Assembly: GCA_964431555.1 (NCBI GenBank)
Contig: CAYSJW010000015.1
Coordinates: 41,573 to 105,572 of the forward strand
Direction: 5' to 3'
Source of the DNA: an uncultured Gammaproteobacteria bacterium
Lineage (GTDB): Bacteria; Patescibacteriota; Microgenomatia; UBA8517
Length of the DNA: 64,000 bases
Part shown: in pieces, positions 1-9,864 of the stretch
Layout: each line of letters starts with the position of its first letter
Numbering within the stretch: the first letter of the stretch is position 1
Notes under the pieces: generated by a model
Databases searched by the model: none
What the model saw: only the letters and a program-made list of their open reading frames with translations
What the model was told of the DNA's origin: nothing
Made by a program: the position numbers and the translations under genes

Positions 1-75
1 AGCTGTGTTGAAATAGGTTTCTTTTAAACTCAAAATATGCCCTAAATTTTTAGAAAGTGATGTATTTTCATTTTT

Positions 76-1113
76 ATGAAAAAAGCTAAAATAAAATTTT
101 GTATAGCTGATGTCCAAAGTGACGCCCATTTAATTTGTTTTAACTGTAAAAGCTTGATTGAATGTTTTTATCAGAGAGCTAATTTTTTAGTGCTCCCAAA
201 ACCAGTAAAGCTAAGAAATTCTGTATTTATACCTGATTTAAATTTTTCTAAAACATTTTGGAAAGAAATAAAAAGGTGTAGAAATTTGGATTTAGGGAGG
301 GAATTTCCACCAGTATGTGTAAATGAAGTGATAGATAAAATTATGAATTTGTCGTATTCAAAAAGAGAAATTAAAAAAGCTAATCAAATTAAAATACATT
401 TTGAAAAAAACTGGAATAAATTTTTGGATGTAAGTGAAAAGGTTTTTGGTTCATCATTTAAAAACATTAAAATTTCGGAGATTTATATCATTATAACCAG
501 ATACGGTACAGTGGGAAGTTTCAAGATATTAAAAAATGGAACGAAAACACTAGCTTATTTATCAGCAAGAGTAGATCTTCCAAAAGAAGAAATTTTTTTA
601 AGTTTATTATTAATGATTCATAAGTATTTAATACAAAACCCAAGTGAGGTGGGAGAAGATAAATGGTTTCTGGAAATGGCAACCGTTGATTTTTTAAGGA
701 AAAAGACGGACTTTAAAAAATATATGCCGAAAGTGGAAGCTAAACCAACAAACATTAATCTGAGTAAACTGTTTACGACCTCTGCCAGATATTTAAAAAA
801 ACTTGGTTTGAATTTTAGTTGCAGAAATATATTTTTAGATGGCAATGAAAATTTGATTGTAAATGGTATAATTTTTGATAATCTGTTAACTCCTAAGGAG
901 AATTTATTTTTGAAAACATTGGTGAAAAATAGGGGCCATGTTGTGGGATTTGATAAGATGGGAAATGTGATTTGGAAAGGTAATTCTTACGATAAATTTT
1001 CTTTATATTCTCTTTCTAAGATTGTTCAGAATGTAAGGAGAAAGATATATGATGCAGGAATTAAAAATAATGTTATTTATACTTTACGAGGAAAAGGTTA
1101 TTTAATAAGATGA
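76..1113 (+). CDS. Protein with C-terminal OmpR/PhoB-type winged-helix DNA-binding domain
   Basis: C-terminus LTPKENLFLKTLVKNRGHVV...IW...VQNVRRKI...IYTLRGKGY fits the Trans_reg_C pattern; N-terminal part unrecognised. Confidence 0.7.
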   Translation: MKKAKIKFCIADVQSDAHLICFNCKSLIECFYQRANFLVLPKPVKLRNSVFIPDLNFSKTFWKEIKRCRNLDLGREFPPVCVNEVIDKIMNLSYSKREIKKANQIKIHFEKNWNKFLDVSEKVFGSSFKNIKISEIYIIITRYGTVGSFKILKNGTKTLAYLSARVDLPKEEIFLSLLLMIHKYLIQNPSEVGEDKWFLEMATVDFLRKKTDFKKYMPKVEAKPTNINLSKLFTTSARYLKKLGLNFSCRNIFLDGNENLIVNGIIFDNLLTPKENLFLKTLVKNRGHVVGFDKMGNVIWKGNSYDKFSLYSLSKIVQNVRRKIYDAGIKNNVIYTLRGKGYLIR

Positions 1114-1296
1114 TTTTAAATATTATTTGAAACTTAAGATACTACTACCCACCAATACTTTATTTAATACCTTCCATTTTTTTCTTTTTTTAACACTTAC
1201 GGAAAAAATTTAAATAAATAAAATTCTGCGATAAAGGGTTAATATTTAATCTGGTGACTGGTGAAGATATTAACTACAAGATAGATTTAAATTAGA

Positions 1297-1324
1297 ATAT
1301 AAGAAAACCCGTATTCTCACAACT
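1297..1324 (-). other. Possible dif-like (XerC/D) site
   Basis: Minus strand AGTTGTGAGAA-TACGGG-TTTTCTTATAT has the 11-6-11 layout and partial match to dif arms; near an apparent GC-skew change. Confidence 0.25.
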
Positions 1325-1351
1325 AATGCAACGATTTAGCAAACAGTTACG

Positions 1352-1374
1352 CAACACCGGGTGTTGATTAGCTT
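1352..1374. repeat. REP-like hairpin with ATTAGCTT foot
   Basis: CAACAC-CGG-GTGTTG hairpin followed by ATTAGCTT, the same foot as the RAYT-flanking hairpin at 55168-55190. Confidence 0.5.
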
Positions 1375-1455
1375 CTAACAATGAGTATTTATGTCCCTTA
1401 GGTCTTTTTATTCTGGTTAAATTCTATTAAGGTGATTATCAATTACAGGTTTCAA

Positions 1456-1497
1456 AGGTTTCAACCCGTCGGGTTGATTAGGTTCAAACCCTTCGGA
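1456..1497. repeat. REP-like element family 2, copy A
   Basis: TCAACCCG-T-CGGGTTGA palindrome; 38/42 identical to the reverse complement of 23314-23355. Confidence 0.8.
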
Positions 1498-1540
1498 TTT
1501 AAAAAAATTTGGATTTAAACAATTTTTAAATTCTTTAAAC

Positions 1541-1837
1541 TTATAAACCAGGCTTTTCTAATTTACATCTTCCTTCAATTAAATTGCCACATGCTTGGCA
1601 GATATAGTCATCTTTTTTAAATTCCTCGGGAATTTCAGTAAATTTTCCTTCGCTATAATATCTTCTAGCCTCCCTTATTCGTTGAGCAAATAATCTAAGA
1701 AATTCTCTATCCCAAATAAACGGGTATTCATTAGATAAAACACCCAACTGAAATAAAACATCTTCTTCAGTTAAATCATCATTCAGTTGGGAGACAAATT
1801 CTATATGATGAGGAACTAAACAAATTTCTTTCCACAT
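1541..1837 (-). CDS. Hypothetical protein with C-terminal CxxC motif
   Basis: 98-aa ORF with YICQACGNLIEGRC. Confidence 0.55.
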   Translation of the reverse strand: MWKEICLVPHHIEFVSQLNDDLTEEDVLFQLGVLSNEYPFIWDREFLRLFAQRIREARRYYSEGKFTEIPEEFKKDDYICQACGNLIEGRCKLEKPGL

Positions 1838-1947
1838 TTATAAAACAGTTTTTAATCTGTTAAATTGATTAGATTATATTTTTCAATTAATCACTTCTAA
1901 ATAAAATTTAATCAATTAAACAATCTAATACTAAATAAATCTAATAC

Positions 1948-2589
1948 CTATTTAGAAGAACTACCAATTTTATAACCTGCCAAAAGATCTTCTGAATTTA
2001 ATTTAGGACTGGATGTATTAAAACTACCACCCTTTTCAGAATTTTGAGAAGAAGATTTTTTTTCAATAACCTTATTTAATATTTCTTCCAGTAAACCTGC
2101 AATTTTTTCCAATTGAGAGGTTTGGTTTTGAATATTTGTACTTAATGTTGACAAATCTTTTTCAATCTTTTCAAAAAAACCACTTAATGTATCCCGACTA
2201 ATAGAAGTAAACGGAGCATTAGAGTCGGACAGATTAAAATTAAAATTACCAAATCCATCTTGATTATCCTGTTTTATTTTTGCGGGTTCATCGAAAGGTC
2301 CTTTTCTAAACTCAAGGTTATCGTATGTTAAAGATGTTATCGGAGGCTCCTCGCCAAAAACCGGTTCACGAACATTCTGAGAATCCGAATTGGTACTTTG
2401 ATTTGCTTGATCTAATACGTTACCACTATCTGCTTTAGGCAAACTAATACTGTTTGCACCATCTTTATCTTCCAATTCTTTCGGAAGAGGACTTGGGGGA
2501 ATATCGTGAGTCGGCATACCAACACCACCGGAAGTCGAATCCTGTGCATCATTTAAGGAATTAAAACCAGTTTTATCATTACCAAACAT
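1948..2589 (-). CDS. Hypothetical low-complexity protein with a coiled-coil segment
   Basis: 213-aa ORF, S/N/D/P-rich N-terminus, heptad-like helix near the C-terminus. Confidence 0.6.
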   Translation of the reverse strand: MFGNDKTGFNSLNDAQDSTSGGVGMPTHDIPPSPLPKELEDKDGANSISLPKADSGNVLDQANQSTNSDSQNVREPVFGEEPPITSLTYDNLEFRKGPFDEPAKIKQDNQDGFGNFNFNLSDSNAPFTSISRDTLSGFFEKIEKDLSTLSTNIQNQTSQLEKIAGLLEEILNKVIEKKSSSQNSEKGGSFNTSSPKLNSEDLLAGYKIGSSSK

Positions 2590-2649
2590 AAGAGAACTTT
2601 ATTTCATTCTAAACGGATTAATCATACTAAGTCAACAACATGCAAATAT

Positions 2650-3483
2650 TTATAAATCTGAAGCAGATTCAATAAGATTTTCCATTAAAGAAGAAACAGT
2701 TACCGGCCCTATTCCTCCCGGAACAGGTGATACGAATATAGCTTTATCAATTACTTCCTCTACTTTGACATCACCTTTGGGAGAACCCACATCTATAACC
2801 ACTGCTCCATATTTAACTTCTTCTTCCCCAATTATTCCAGGAGAACCCGTAACACTTATTAAAATATCTGCCTTTAGGGTTTTTACCTTCAAGTTTTTGT
2901 CTTTTCTATCAATTCCCAAAACGTCATACCCCATTTCTCTTAAAATCCTATAAATTTTACTTCCTTCAAATCCTCTATAACCAACAACCACCACCTGATA
3001 GGCACAAGGCAAATCCCGGGATTTTAGTTTTACAATATCAGGCGTTGCTTCTTTTATCACTTGAAGAACAGCTTTTACCGTTGGAGTTAAATATAGGCTA
3101 TCATTTCGAAGACCGTCTACATCTTTTTTCCTATCAATAGAATCAATTATTTCGTCTCTATCCTTATCCGAAAAACCTCCCGGCAAAGGCAATTGCACCA
3201 TAATCCCATGTATACTTTTATCCATATTGGCTTTTTTAATTTCACAAACTATATCAGCAACACCAATTTCCTCGCTATAACTTTTTATTTCAACTTCAAT
3301 ACCCAATTTCTCCCCTTTCTTCTTCTTTAAGTTTACATACAAAATACTTGCAGGGTCCTCACCGACAATTATAGAAACGAGTTTTGGAATGATTCCTTTT
3401 TTTCTCAATAAAACAACCTTTTTTTTAAGTTCCTCTTCCTTTTCAGTTGCAAATCTACGTCCATCAAAAATCCTGCAGTCCAT
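2650..3483 (-). CDS. folD: Methylenetetrahydrofolate dehydrogenase/cyclohydrolase
   Basis: Motifs VGEDPASILYVNLK, GIMVQLPLP, KDVDGL, PVPGGIGPVTV; start moved to ATG 3483. Confidence 0.95.
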   Translation of the reverse strand: MDCRIFDGRRFATEKEEELKKKVVLLRKKGIIPKLVSIIVGEDPASILYVNLKKKKGEKLGIEVEIKSYSEEIGVADIVCEIKKANMDKSIHGIMVQLPLPGGFSDKDRDEIIDSIDRKKDVDGLRNDSLYLTPTVKAVLQVIKEATPDIVKLKSRDLPCAYQVVVVGYRGFEGSKIYRILREMGYDVLGIDRKDKNLKVKTLKADILISVTGSPGIIGEEEVKYGAVVIDVGSPKGDVKVEEVIDKAIFVSPVPGGIGPVTVSSLMENLIESASDL

Positions 3484-3584
3484 AAAGCTAATTTTAATCT
3501 GATCAAAATGAAATAACAACATATCCTTAAATACTTTTTCTTGGCTTTGGTATAAAATCAAATAAAAGATATTAAAATACTTTT

Positions 3585-3836
3585 ATGTTTGCAGAGAGAT
3601 TTGAGGAGCTTCTAATAAATCCTTATCTAAATCCAAACGGAGAATTGGAAAGAGCATGTCGAGAAATCGCTCATAAATTATGGCACGAAAGAGGGTGTCC
3701 TTCAGATACTCCTGATATAGACTGGAAAAAAGCACAAGAACTTTTAGTTTTATCCATTATCGATAATAACGAAGGTGCCAGAAACGAATTAATAAGATTG
3801 TGGAATAAGAATTCCTGCAACTGTAATAATAAATAA
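3585..3836 (+). CDS. DUF2934-like small protein
   Basis: REIAHKLWHERGCP...DWKKAQ pattern. Confidence 0.7.
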   Translation: MFAERFEELLINPYLNPNGELERACREIAHKLWHERGCPSDTPDIDWKKAQELLVLSIIDNNEGARNELIRLWNKNSCNCNNK

Positions 3837-3850
3837 AAATCAGATTTTAT

Positions 3851-5152
3851 TCATGAAACGGGAAATTTTAGGCAGAGAGTTTTTACTTCTTTGGCAATCC
3901 CCAACAAAAATTTATCTTTTGCAATTTTTTCTTTAAACATTTTCAAGAATTTACTTCTAGCTTCTGGATTTTTTGGAAGTTTATAGGGTTTGACATACTC
4001 AATGACTTCTGAAATCCACTGGGCAATTTTTATCATCTCCTTTTCTTTCATTCCCCGTGTTGTTACTGCTGGCGTGCCCAAACGAATGCCCGATGGATAA
4101 AAGGGAGGCATATCATCATTTGGCACTGAATTTCTGTTAACAATAATACCAGCAACCTCCAAAGCTTCAGCTACTATATTACCCGAAAGACCCACGGGTC
4201 TTAAATCAATCACCATTAAATGACACTCCGTTCCCCCCCCTACCAAAGTAAGTCCTTTCTTTTTAAGTTCATTCGACAAAACTAGTGCATTCTTGACAAT
4301 CTGCTTTCCGTATCTTTTAAAATCAGAGCTTATCGCTTCCTGAAGACAAACTGCAATCCCTGCGGTTGTATTGTTATGAGGACCTCCTTGCATTCCTGGA
4401 ATTATTGCTTTGTCTATTTTTGATGGAAGATCTGTATCCTTTTTAATTCCTCTTTCTGTTACCAAAATCATCGCCCCCCGAGGACCCCTAAGAGTTTTAT
4501 GAGTAGTCGTCGTCACAATGTGAGCGTAAGGAAAAGGACTTGGATAAACTTTAGCAATGATAAGTCCGACGATGTGGGAAATGTCAGTAACAAGCCAGGA
4601 ATTAATCCTATCTGCTATTTGTGCAAATTTTTTCCAATCAAAAGCCAAAGGATATGCAGTTGTTCCTATAAGCATAAGTCTTGGTTTTTCTTTTTCTGCA
4701 AGTTTTTCAATTTCCTTGTAATCCAAAAACCCATTTATATCAAGGCTAAACTGCACTGATCTAAAATATTTTCCGGAAAAAGTAATATCAGGATGTCCAT
4801 GAGTTAAATGCCCGCCCGCCGAAAGTTTCATACCCATTATCGTATCCCCAGGCTTGCAAAGAGCAAATAAAACCTCCGAATTAGCGGGAGAACCTGAATA
4901 AGGTTGGACATTCGCATAAGGTACTTTAAAAAGTTTTTTTGCTCTTTCAATTGCTAACGTTTCTACTTCGTCGATAATATTGTTGCCCTGATAATATCGT
5001 CGTCCGGGGTATCCCTCCGAGTATTTATTCATCAAAACCGATCCAACCGCAACCCTAACGGCTTTGGAGGCATAATTTTCAGAAGGAATCATCATCAAAG
5101 TTTCCCTCTGCCTTTCTTCTTCTTTTTTAATAAGCTCAAAAACTTTATCCAC
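3851..5152 (-). CDS. glyA: Serine hydroxymethyltransferase
   Basis: IPSENY, NKYSEGYPGRRYY, GGHLTHG, TTTHKTLRGPRG, SGIRLGTPAVTTRG; probable start GTG 5152 because the ORF-track start lies inside a REP copy. Confidence 0.97.
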   Translation of the reverse strand: MDKVFELIKKEEERQRETLMMIPSENYASKAVRVAVGSVLMNKYSEGYPGRRYYQGNNIIDEVETLAIERAKKLFKVPYANVQPYSGSPANSEVLFALCKPGDTIMGMKLSAGGHLTHGHPDITFSGKYFRSVQFSLDINGFLDYKEIEKLAEKEKPRLMLIGTTAYPLAFDWKKFAQIADRINSWLVTDISHIVGLIIAKVYPSPFPYAHIVTTTTHKTLRGPRGAMILVTERGIKKDTDLPSKIDKAIIPGMQGGPHNNTTAGIAVCLQEAISSDFKRYGKQIVKNALVLSNELKKKGLTLVGGGTECHLMVIDLRPVGLSGNIVAEALEVAGIIVNRNSVPNDDMPPFYPSGIRLGTPAVTTRGMKEKEMIKIAQWISEVIEYVKPYKLPKNPEARSKFLKMFKEKIAKDKFLLGIAKEVKTLCLKFPVS

Positions 5153-5173
5153 GTTAAATTTATTCGTTATAAA

Positions 5174-5254
5174 ATCCCGATGTGCCAAGCTAAACCACTT
5201 CCGAAGTGTTTAAACCTTATGTGTCATTTCACACTTCCGAAGTGTGTCATTTCA
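5174..5254. repeat. Two copies of the RAYT-associated REP palindrome
   Basis: CACTTCCGAAGTG at 5196-5208 and CACACTTCCGAAGTGTG at 5230-5246; 5174-5208 closely matches the reverse complement of 55169-55203. Confidence 0.85.
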
Positions 5255-5880
5255 AAAATTTGGCTTAAGACTTCAGAAACTCTAACCCTTACTTCTTCTA
5301 TTGTTCCTTCTCCATCAACAGTATACCACTTTAAATCTCCCCAACCTTCCTTTGCCATTTTACGATAACCAATAATTAATCTTTTCAAATAATCCTTACC
5401 TTGTTTATCAAAAGGGTCTCTCTCGCTTTCAGCTTCTTTTCTTTTAATCGCAGTCTCCTGAGAAATATCAAGAAAGATAACAGCATCAGGTCTAGCTCCT
5501 TCCATAACAATCTGGGATATAGCCAAAATCTGATTCAAATCTCCACCTTCCGCAAAACCTTGATAAGCAGCTGTTGAAGTGTGAGCTCTGTCAGTTATAA
5601 CATTAATTCCTTTTTCTAGCGCCGGTTTGACCAAAGAGTTAAGCCATAGATAACGCGCGGCAAAAAATAAAACCATCTGACCTTCAGGTCCAATTAGATT
5701 TTCGCCTCTTAATCTAAAAATCAATTCTCTTATTTTCTCTGAAGCTTCCACTCCACCCGGTTCTCTTGTTGCCAAAACTTTTAAACCATTTTCCTGCAAA
5801 AATTTCTTGGCAAGTTCAATCTGTGTAGTTTTTCCCGACCCGCCAACTCCTTCAAATACAATAAATTTCCCTCTTTTCAT
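5224..5880 (-). CDS. tmk: Thymidylate kinase
   Basis: [23 protein letters not shown]...AYQG motifs. Confidence 0.95.
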   Translation of the reverse strand: MKRGKFIVFEGVGGSGKTTQIELAKKFLQENGLKVLATREPGGVEASEKIRELIFRLRGENLIGPEGQMVLFFAARYLWLNSLVKPALEKGINVITDRAHTSTAAYQGFAEGGDLNQILAISQIVMEGARPDAVIFLDISQETAIKRKEAESERDPFDKQGKDYLKRLIIGYRKMAKEGWGDLKWYTVDGEGTIEEVRVRVSEVLSQIFEMTHFGSVK

Positions 5881-5909
5881 CAAAACTTTTATATTTTATG
5901 ATATCCAAA

Positions 5910-6830
5910 ATGTCAACCGGGGAAAATCAAGGCGAATATCAATACCTAGATCTCCTTAAAGATATTCTCGAAAACGGCGTAACTTCAAAAGACAGAACAG
6001 GCACCGGAACAAAAAAAGTCTTCGGCAGAATGCTTAAATTTGACTTATCAGAAGGTTTTCCCCTCTTAACCACCAAAAAAATGTTTATCAAGGGCATAAT
6101 TCACGAGCTTTTATGGTTTATCAAAGGAGACTCAAATATAAGATACCTCGTTAAAAACGGAGTCAATGTCTGGAACGAATGGCCATTTCAAAGATATCTT
6201 AAAACTAAAAAACTCGAGAAAAATTATCCCAAATATTCCGATTCCTGGAAAGCAAAAATGCAAGAATTTGTTGAAAAAATCAAAAAAGACAAAACATTCG
6301 CCGAAAAATGGGGTGATTGTGGTCCTTTTTACGGAGTTCAATGGAGAAATTTCAATGGCGTTGATCAACTCTCCCGGGTGATAAAAGAAATTAAGAAAAA
6401 CCCCAATTCAAGAAGGTTAATTGTTAATGCCTGGAATACTCCCCTAGTTGATAAAATGGCTCTTCCCCCCTGTCATGTGATGTATCAGTTTCAAATTTCA
6501 GAAAATAAGTTAAATTGTATGATGTATCAAAGATCTGTTGATACTTTCCTAGGTCTTCCATTTAATATCGCCTCGTACGCTCTTTTAACCAATATGGTTG
6601 CTCATGTGACCAGCTACAAGCCCGGCGAACTTACTTTGGCTCTTGGTGATACCCATCTTTACCTAAATCACATAGAACAAGCCAAAGAACAACTAAAAAG
6701 AAAGCCCTATAAATTACCAACAATCAAAATCAATCCCAAGGTTAAATCTTTATTCAAATTTAAATATAACGATTTTGAACTTATAAATTATAAATATCAC
6801 CCGGCTATAAAGGCTCAAATATCCGTTTAA
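5910..6830 (+). CDS. thyA: Thymidylate synthase
   Basis: [38 protein letters not shown]; start 5898 or 5910. Confidence 0.98.
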   Translation: MSTGENQGEYQYLDLLKDILENGVTSKDRTGTGTKKVFGRMLKFDLSEGFPLLTTKKMFIKGIIHELLWFIKGDSNIRYLVKNGVNVWNEWPFQRYLKTKKLEKNYPKYSDSWKAKMQEFVEKIKKDKTFAEKWGDCGPFYGVQWRNFNGVDQLSRVIKEIKKNPNSRRLIVNAWNTPLVDKMALPPCHVMYQFQISENKLNCMMYQRSVDTFLGLPFNIASYALLTNMVAHVTSYKPGELTLALGDTHLYLNHIEQAKEQLKRKPYKLPTIKINPKVKSLFKFKYNDFELINYKYHPAIKAQISV

Positions 6831-6929
6831 TTCATTGATTTATTATTTCTTAAGAGAAAAACAAATAAAAAACATTGCTTTAAAAAATACACAAAAAGGC
6901 CAAATAAAATTTATCTAAAAAAACGAATA

Positions 6930-7421
6930 ATGAAAATCTCAATTATTGTAGCCTTAGATCGAAATAATCTCATAGGTAAAAATAATTCTCTCCCATGGCA
7001 TTTGCCAGCCGATTTAAAACATTTTAAGGAAACTACCATGGGACATCATATTCTCTTTGGGCAAAAAACCTTTGAATCTATAGGCCATCCACTAAAAGGA
7101 AGAACAAATATCATCTTATCCAACGATCCAAATTACTTTGCCAAAGAATGCATTACAGTTAGAACTCCCATAGAAGCAATCAAATATGCCAAAGAAAGGG
7201 GGGAAAATGAACTTTTTATTTGTGGTGGAGCAATGGTTTATAAAACTTTCCTTTCATTATCAGATAGAATTTACATGACCAAAATTGACCATTCCTTCAA
7301 TGGTGATACTTACTTTCCAAAAATCAATCTTAATTCTTGGAAACTCGTATCAAAAGAAGATCACAAACCCGACGTAAGAAACCCATATTTTTATCATTTT
7401 CTAATTTATGATAAAAAGTGA
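6930..7421 (+). CDS. folA: Dihydrofolate reductase
   Basis: IGKNNSLPWHLPADLKHFK, PLKGRTNIILS, ICGG, GDTYFP. Confidence 0.97.
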   Translation: MKISIIVALDRNNLIGKNNSLPWHLPADLKHFKETTMGHHILFGQKTFESIGHPLKGRTNIILSNDPNYFAKECITVRTPIEAIKYAKERGENELFICGGAMVYKTFLSLSDRIYMTKIDHSFNGDTYFPKINLNSWKLVSKEDHKPDVRNPYFYHFLIYDKK

Positions 7422-7433
7422 CTAACATCTTTT

Positions 7434-7805
7434 ATGAAACCCAATGAATACATAAAAAAAGCCAAAAGAACTGCCATTAAAAAATACCCTTTTAAAAAAA
7501 CTGGAGATGTAACTCCTGAAATTGAGCACTCAATAATGGGCATTGTTACCGAAGCTGGTGAGCTAATGGATGAAGTAAAAAAAGCGAAAATCTATGGAAA
7601 AAAATTAGACAAATTAAACCTAATTGAAGAGCTTGGCGATCTGATGTGGTATATAGCATTAATATTAGATCATCTAGAGATAGATTTTGAAACTGTCTGG
7701 GAAAAAAATATCAATAAACTAAAAGTTAGATATCCAAAAAAATTTACTGAAAACAAGGCAAAAAATAGAAATCTCGAAAAAGAAAAAAACGCACTAAAAA
7801 TATAG
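7434..7805 (+). CDS. MazG-like NTP pyrophosphohydrolase
   Basis: EAGELMDEVKK...EELGDLMWY...NINKLKVRYP. Confidence 0.88.
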   Translation: MKPNEYIKKAKRTAIKKYPFKKTGDVTPEIEHSIMGIVTEAGELMDEVKKAKIYGKKLDKLNLIEELGDLMWYIALILDHLEIDFETVWEKNINKLKVRYPKKFTENKAKNRNLEKEKNALKI

Positions 7806-7809
7806 AAAT

Positions 7810-9816
7810 TCAGCTAGGTTTTCTCCAACTTGCCCAGTCACAATTTGGGTACCTAGGACAGCTGTAAAACTTCTTCCCTCTTTTTGTTTTCTTTACAATA
7901 ATTTTCGCCTCTTTACACTTCGGGCATTTTATATCCATTTCCTCTACAAACCTTTCCGTGTGTTTACATTCTGGAAAATTCGAGCAGGATATAAATTTAC
8001 CAAAGCGTCCGGTTCTAATCACCAACTCTCCTTGATTTTCTCCAATTCTACCCTCTTTTTCACAAGTCGGGCACTTTTTTCCAACTTTTTCAGTCTCTAT
8101 TTTCACCCTTTTTGATCTCTCATCTACATCCTTTAACTTCTCCTCAAAAGGTTTATAAAATTCCCCCATCATCTTCTGCCACTGACGGCTTCCCTTGGCT
8201 ATCTCATCAAGTTCATTTTCCATTTCAGCTGTAAATGAATAATCAACAATATCGGAAAAATTATTAACCAAAAAATCAGTTACAGCCAAACCTATCGGAG
8301 TCGGATAAAACCTGCCTTCTTTCTTTTCAACATACTGACGCAGCTGTATTGTTGTGATTATTGGTGCATACGTTGATGGTCTGCCTATACCCAATGATTC
8401 CAGCGTCTTTATTAAAGACGCTTCATTATATCTAGGTGGTGGTTGGGTAAACTTTTGTTCAGAAAATACCTTGATCAAATCTAAAAATTCTCCTTTTTGA
8501 ACAAAAGGTAATTTAGGAAGTTCCTCTTTTGAAAGAGGAATAACCTTCCTCCAACCATCAAACCTCATAACCTGCCCTGATATCTTTAAAATATATCTAT
8601 GTCCCGAAGGAGTATCTTTATTCTCAGCCAAAACTTCAATATTAGTTTCATCAAAAAGACAATCAGACATTTGGGAGGCCACGAATCTTCTCCAAATAAG
8701 ATCATACAAAAGATTTCCTTCCTTTTCGTATTTTTTACTTTCCACTTTCACCCGAGCTGATAAATCAGTTGGTCTTATCGCTTCATGCGCCTCTTGGGCA
8801 AGTTTAGAAACCTTTTTATATAATCTAGGCTTGTCTGGAAGATATTTACCCCCATATTCTTGAGAGATAAAATCTCTAACTTTTGATAATGCTTGACTGC
8901 TTATGTTAAAAGAGTCAGTTCTGTGATAGGTGATCAATCCTTCTTCATATAATCTTTGCGCTATAGACATAGTTTTCTTCGCAGACCATGAAAAAATTCG
9001 AGCCGCCGATTGAGTCATGGTTGAAGTGGTGAAAGGAGGATAGGGGGATTTTCTAACTTCCCTCTTCTTGACATCAAAAACCATATAACTGGCTTTTTCC
9101 AAATCATCGACAACTTCTTTAGCTTTATCACCATTTGAAACAACAGCTTTTTTACCATCTATCTTATATAACTGGACAATAAAACTATCAGAAGCCAATC
9201 TGGAATTTTTAGCCCTAACTTTTGAGAAAATATCCCAGTACTCAACAGGCACGAAATTCTGAATTTCCCTCTCTCTTTCAACTATCAAACGAACAGCGAC
9301 TGACTGAACCCTCCCGGCAGATAAACCACGCCTGATTTTTCTCCAAAGCAAAGGAGAAAGTTTATATCCTACCAATCTATCCAAAACTCTGCGAGCGATT
9401 TGAGCGTCAACCAACTTCAAATCTATCTGTCTTGGATTTCTCAAAGCTTCCTCTACAGCGTTTTTTGTTATCTCATGAAAAACTATTCTAGATAATCTCG
9501 TCTTATCAACTTTCTTTTTAGAATCCAAAAGTATTTCTTCAACGTGTTTTGCTATTGCCTCCCCTTCTCTGTCCGGATCTGTTGCCAAATATATTGATTG
9601 CGACTTTTCAGCGTTTTCCTTGATTTTCTTTATTAATTCCTTATTTCTAGAAACTAGGACATATTCAGGAGTAAAACCATTTTCAATATCTATGGCTAAT
9701 TTACTTTTAGGCAAATCTTTGATATGCCCTCCTGTTGCCTGTATTAAAAACTCTTTTCCCAAAAAGGCAGACAAGGTTCTAGCTTTTGTAGGTGACTCTA
9801 CAACTATAAGATTCAT
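7810..9816 (-). CDS. topA: DNA topoisomerase I
   Basis: LIVVESPTKA, ATDPDREGEAI, SAGRVQS, ITYHRTDS, C-terminal zinc ribbons. Confidence 0.98.
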   Translation of the reverse strand: MNLIVVESPTKARTLSAFLGKEFLIQATGGHIKDLPKSKLAIDIENGFTPEYVLVSRNKELIKKIKENAEKSQSIYLATDPDREGEAIAKHVEEILLDSKKKVDKTRLSRIVFHEITKNAVEEALRNPRQIDLKLVDAQIARRVLDRLVGYKLSPLLWRKIRRGLSAGRVQSVAVRLIVEREREIQNFVPVEYWDIFSKVRAKNSRLASDSFIVQLYKIDGKKAVVSNGDKAKEVVDDLEKASYMVFDVKKREVRKSPYPPFTTSTMTQSAARIFSWSAKKTMSIAQRLYEEGLITYHRTDSFNISSQALSKVRDFISQEYGGKYLPDKPRLYKKVSKLAQEAHEAIRPTDLSARVKVESKKYEKEGNLLYDLIWRRFVASQMSDCLFDETNIEVLAENKDTPSGHRYILKISGQVMRFDGWRKVIPLSKEELPKLPFVQKGEFLDLIKVFSEQKFTQPPPRYNEASLIKTLESLGIGRPSTYAPIITTIQLRQYVEKKEGRFYPTPIGLAVTDFLVNNFSDIVDYSFTAEMENELDEIAKGSRQWQKMMGEFYKPFEEKLKDVDERSKRVKIETEKVGKKCPTCEKEGRIGENQGELVIRTGRFGKFISCSNFPECKHTERFVEEMDIKCPKCKEAKIIVKKTKRGKKFYSCPRYPNCDWASWRKPS

Positions 9817-9864
9817 AAAATATAAATAATATTACCTTGATAAAAAATTGTAAATAAGACTAAT

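Noticed and set aside
3011-3024. 14-bp palindrome AAATCCCGGGATTT inside folD
   Set aside because: Single copy; one or more such palindromes are expected by chance in 64 kb.
5153-5188. glyA N-terminal extension MAHRDFITNKFN
   Set aside because: The TTG start lies inside a REP copy; SHMT-like sequence starts at GTG 5152.
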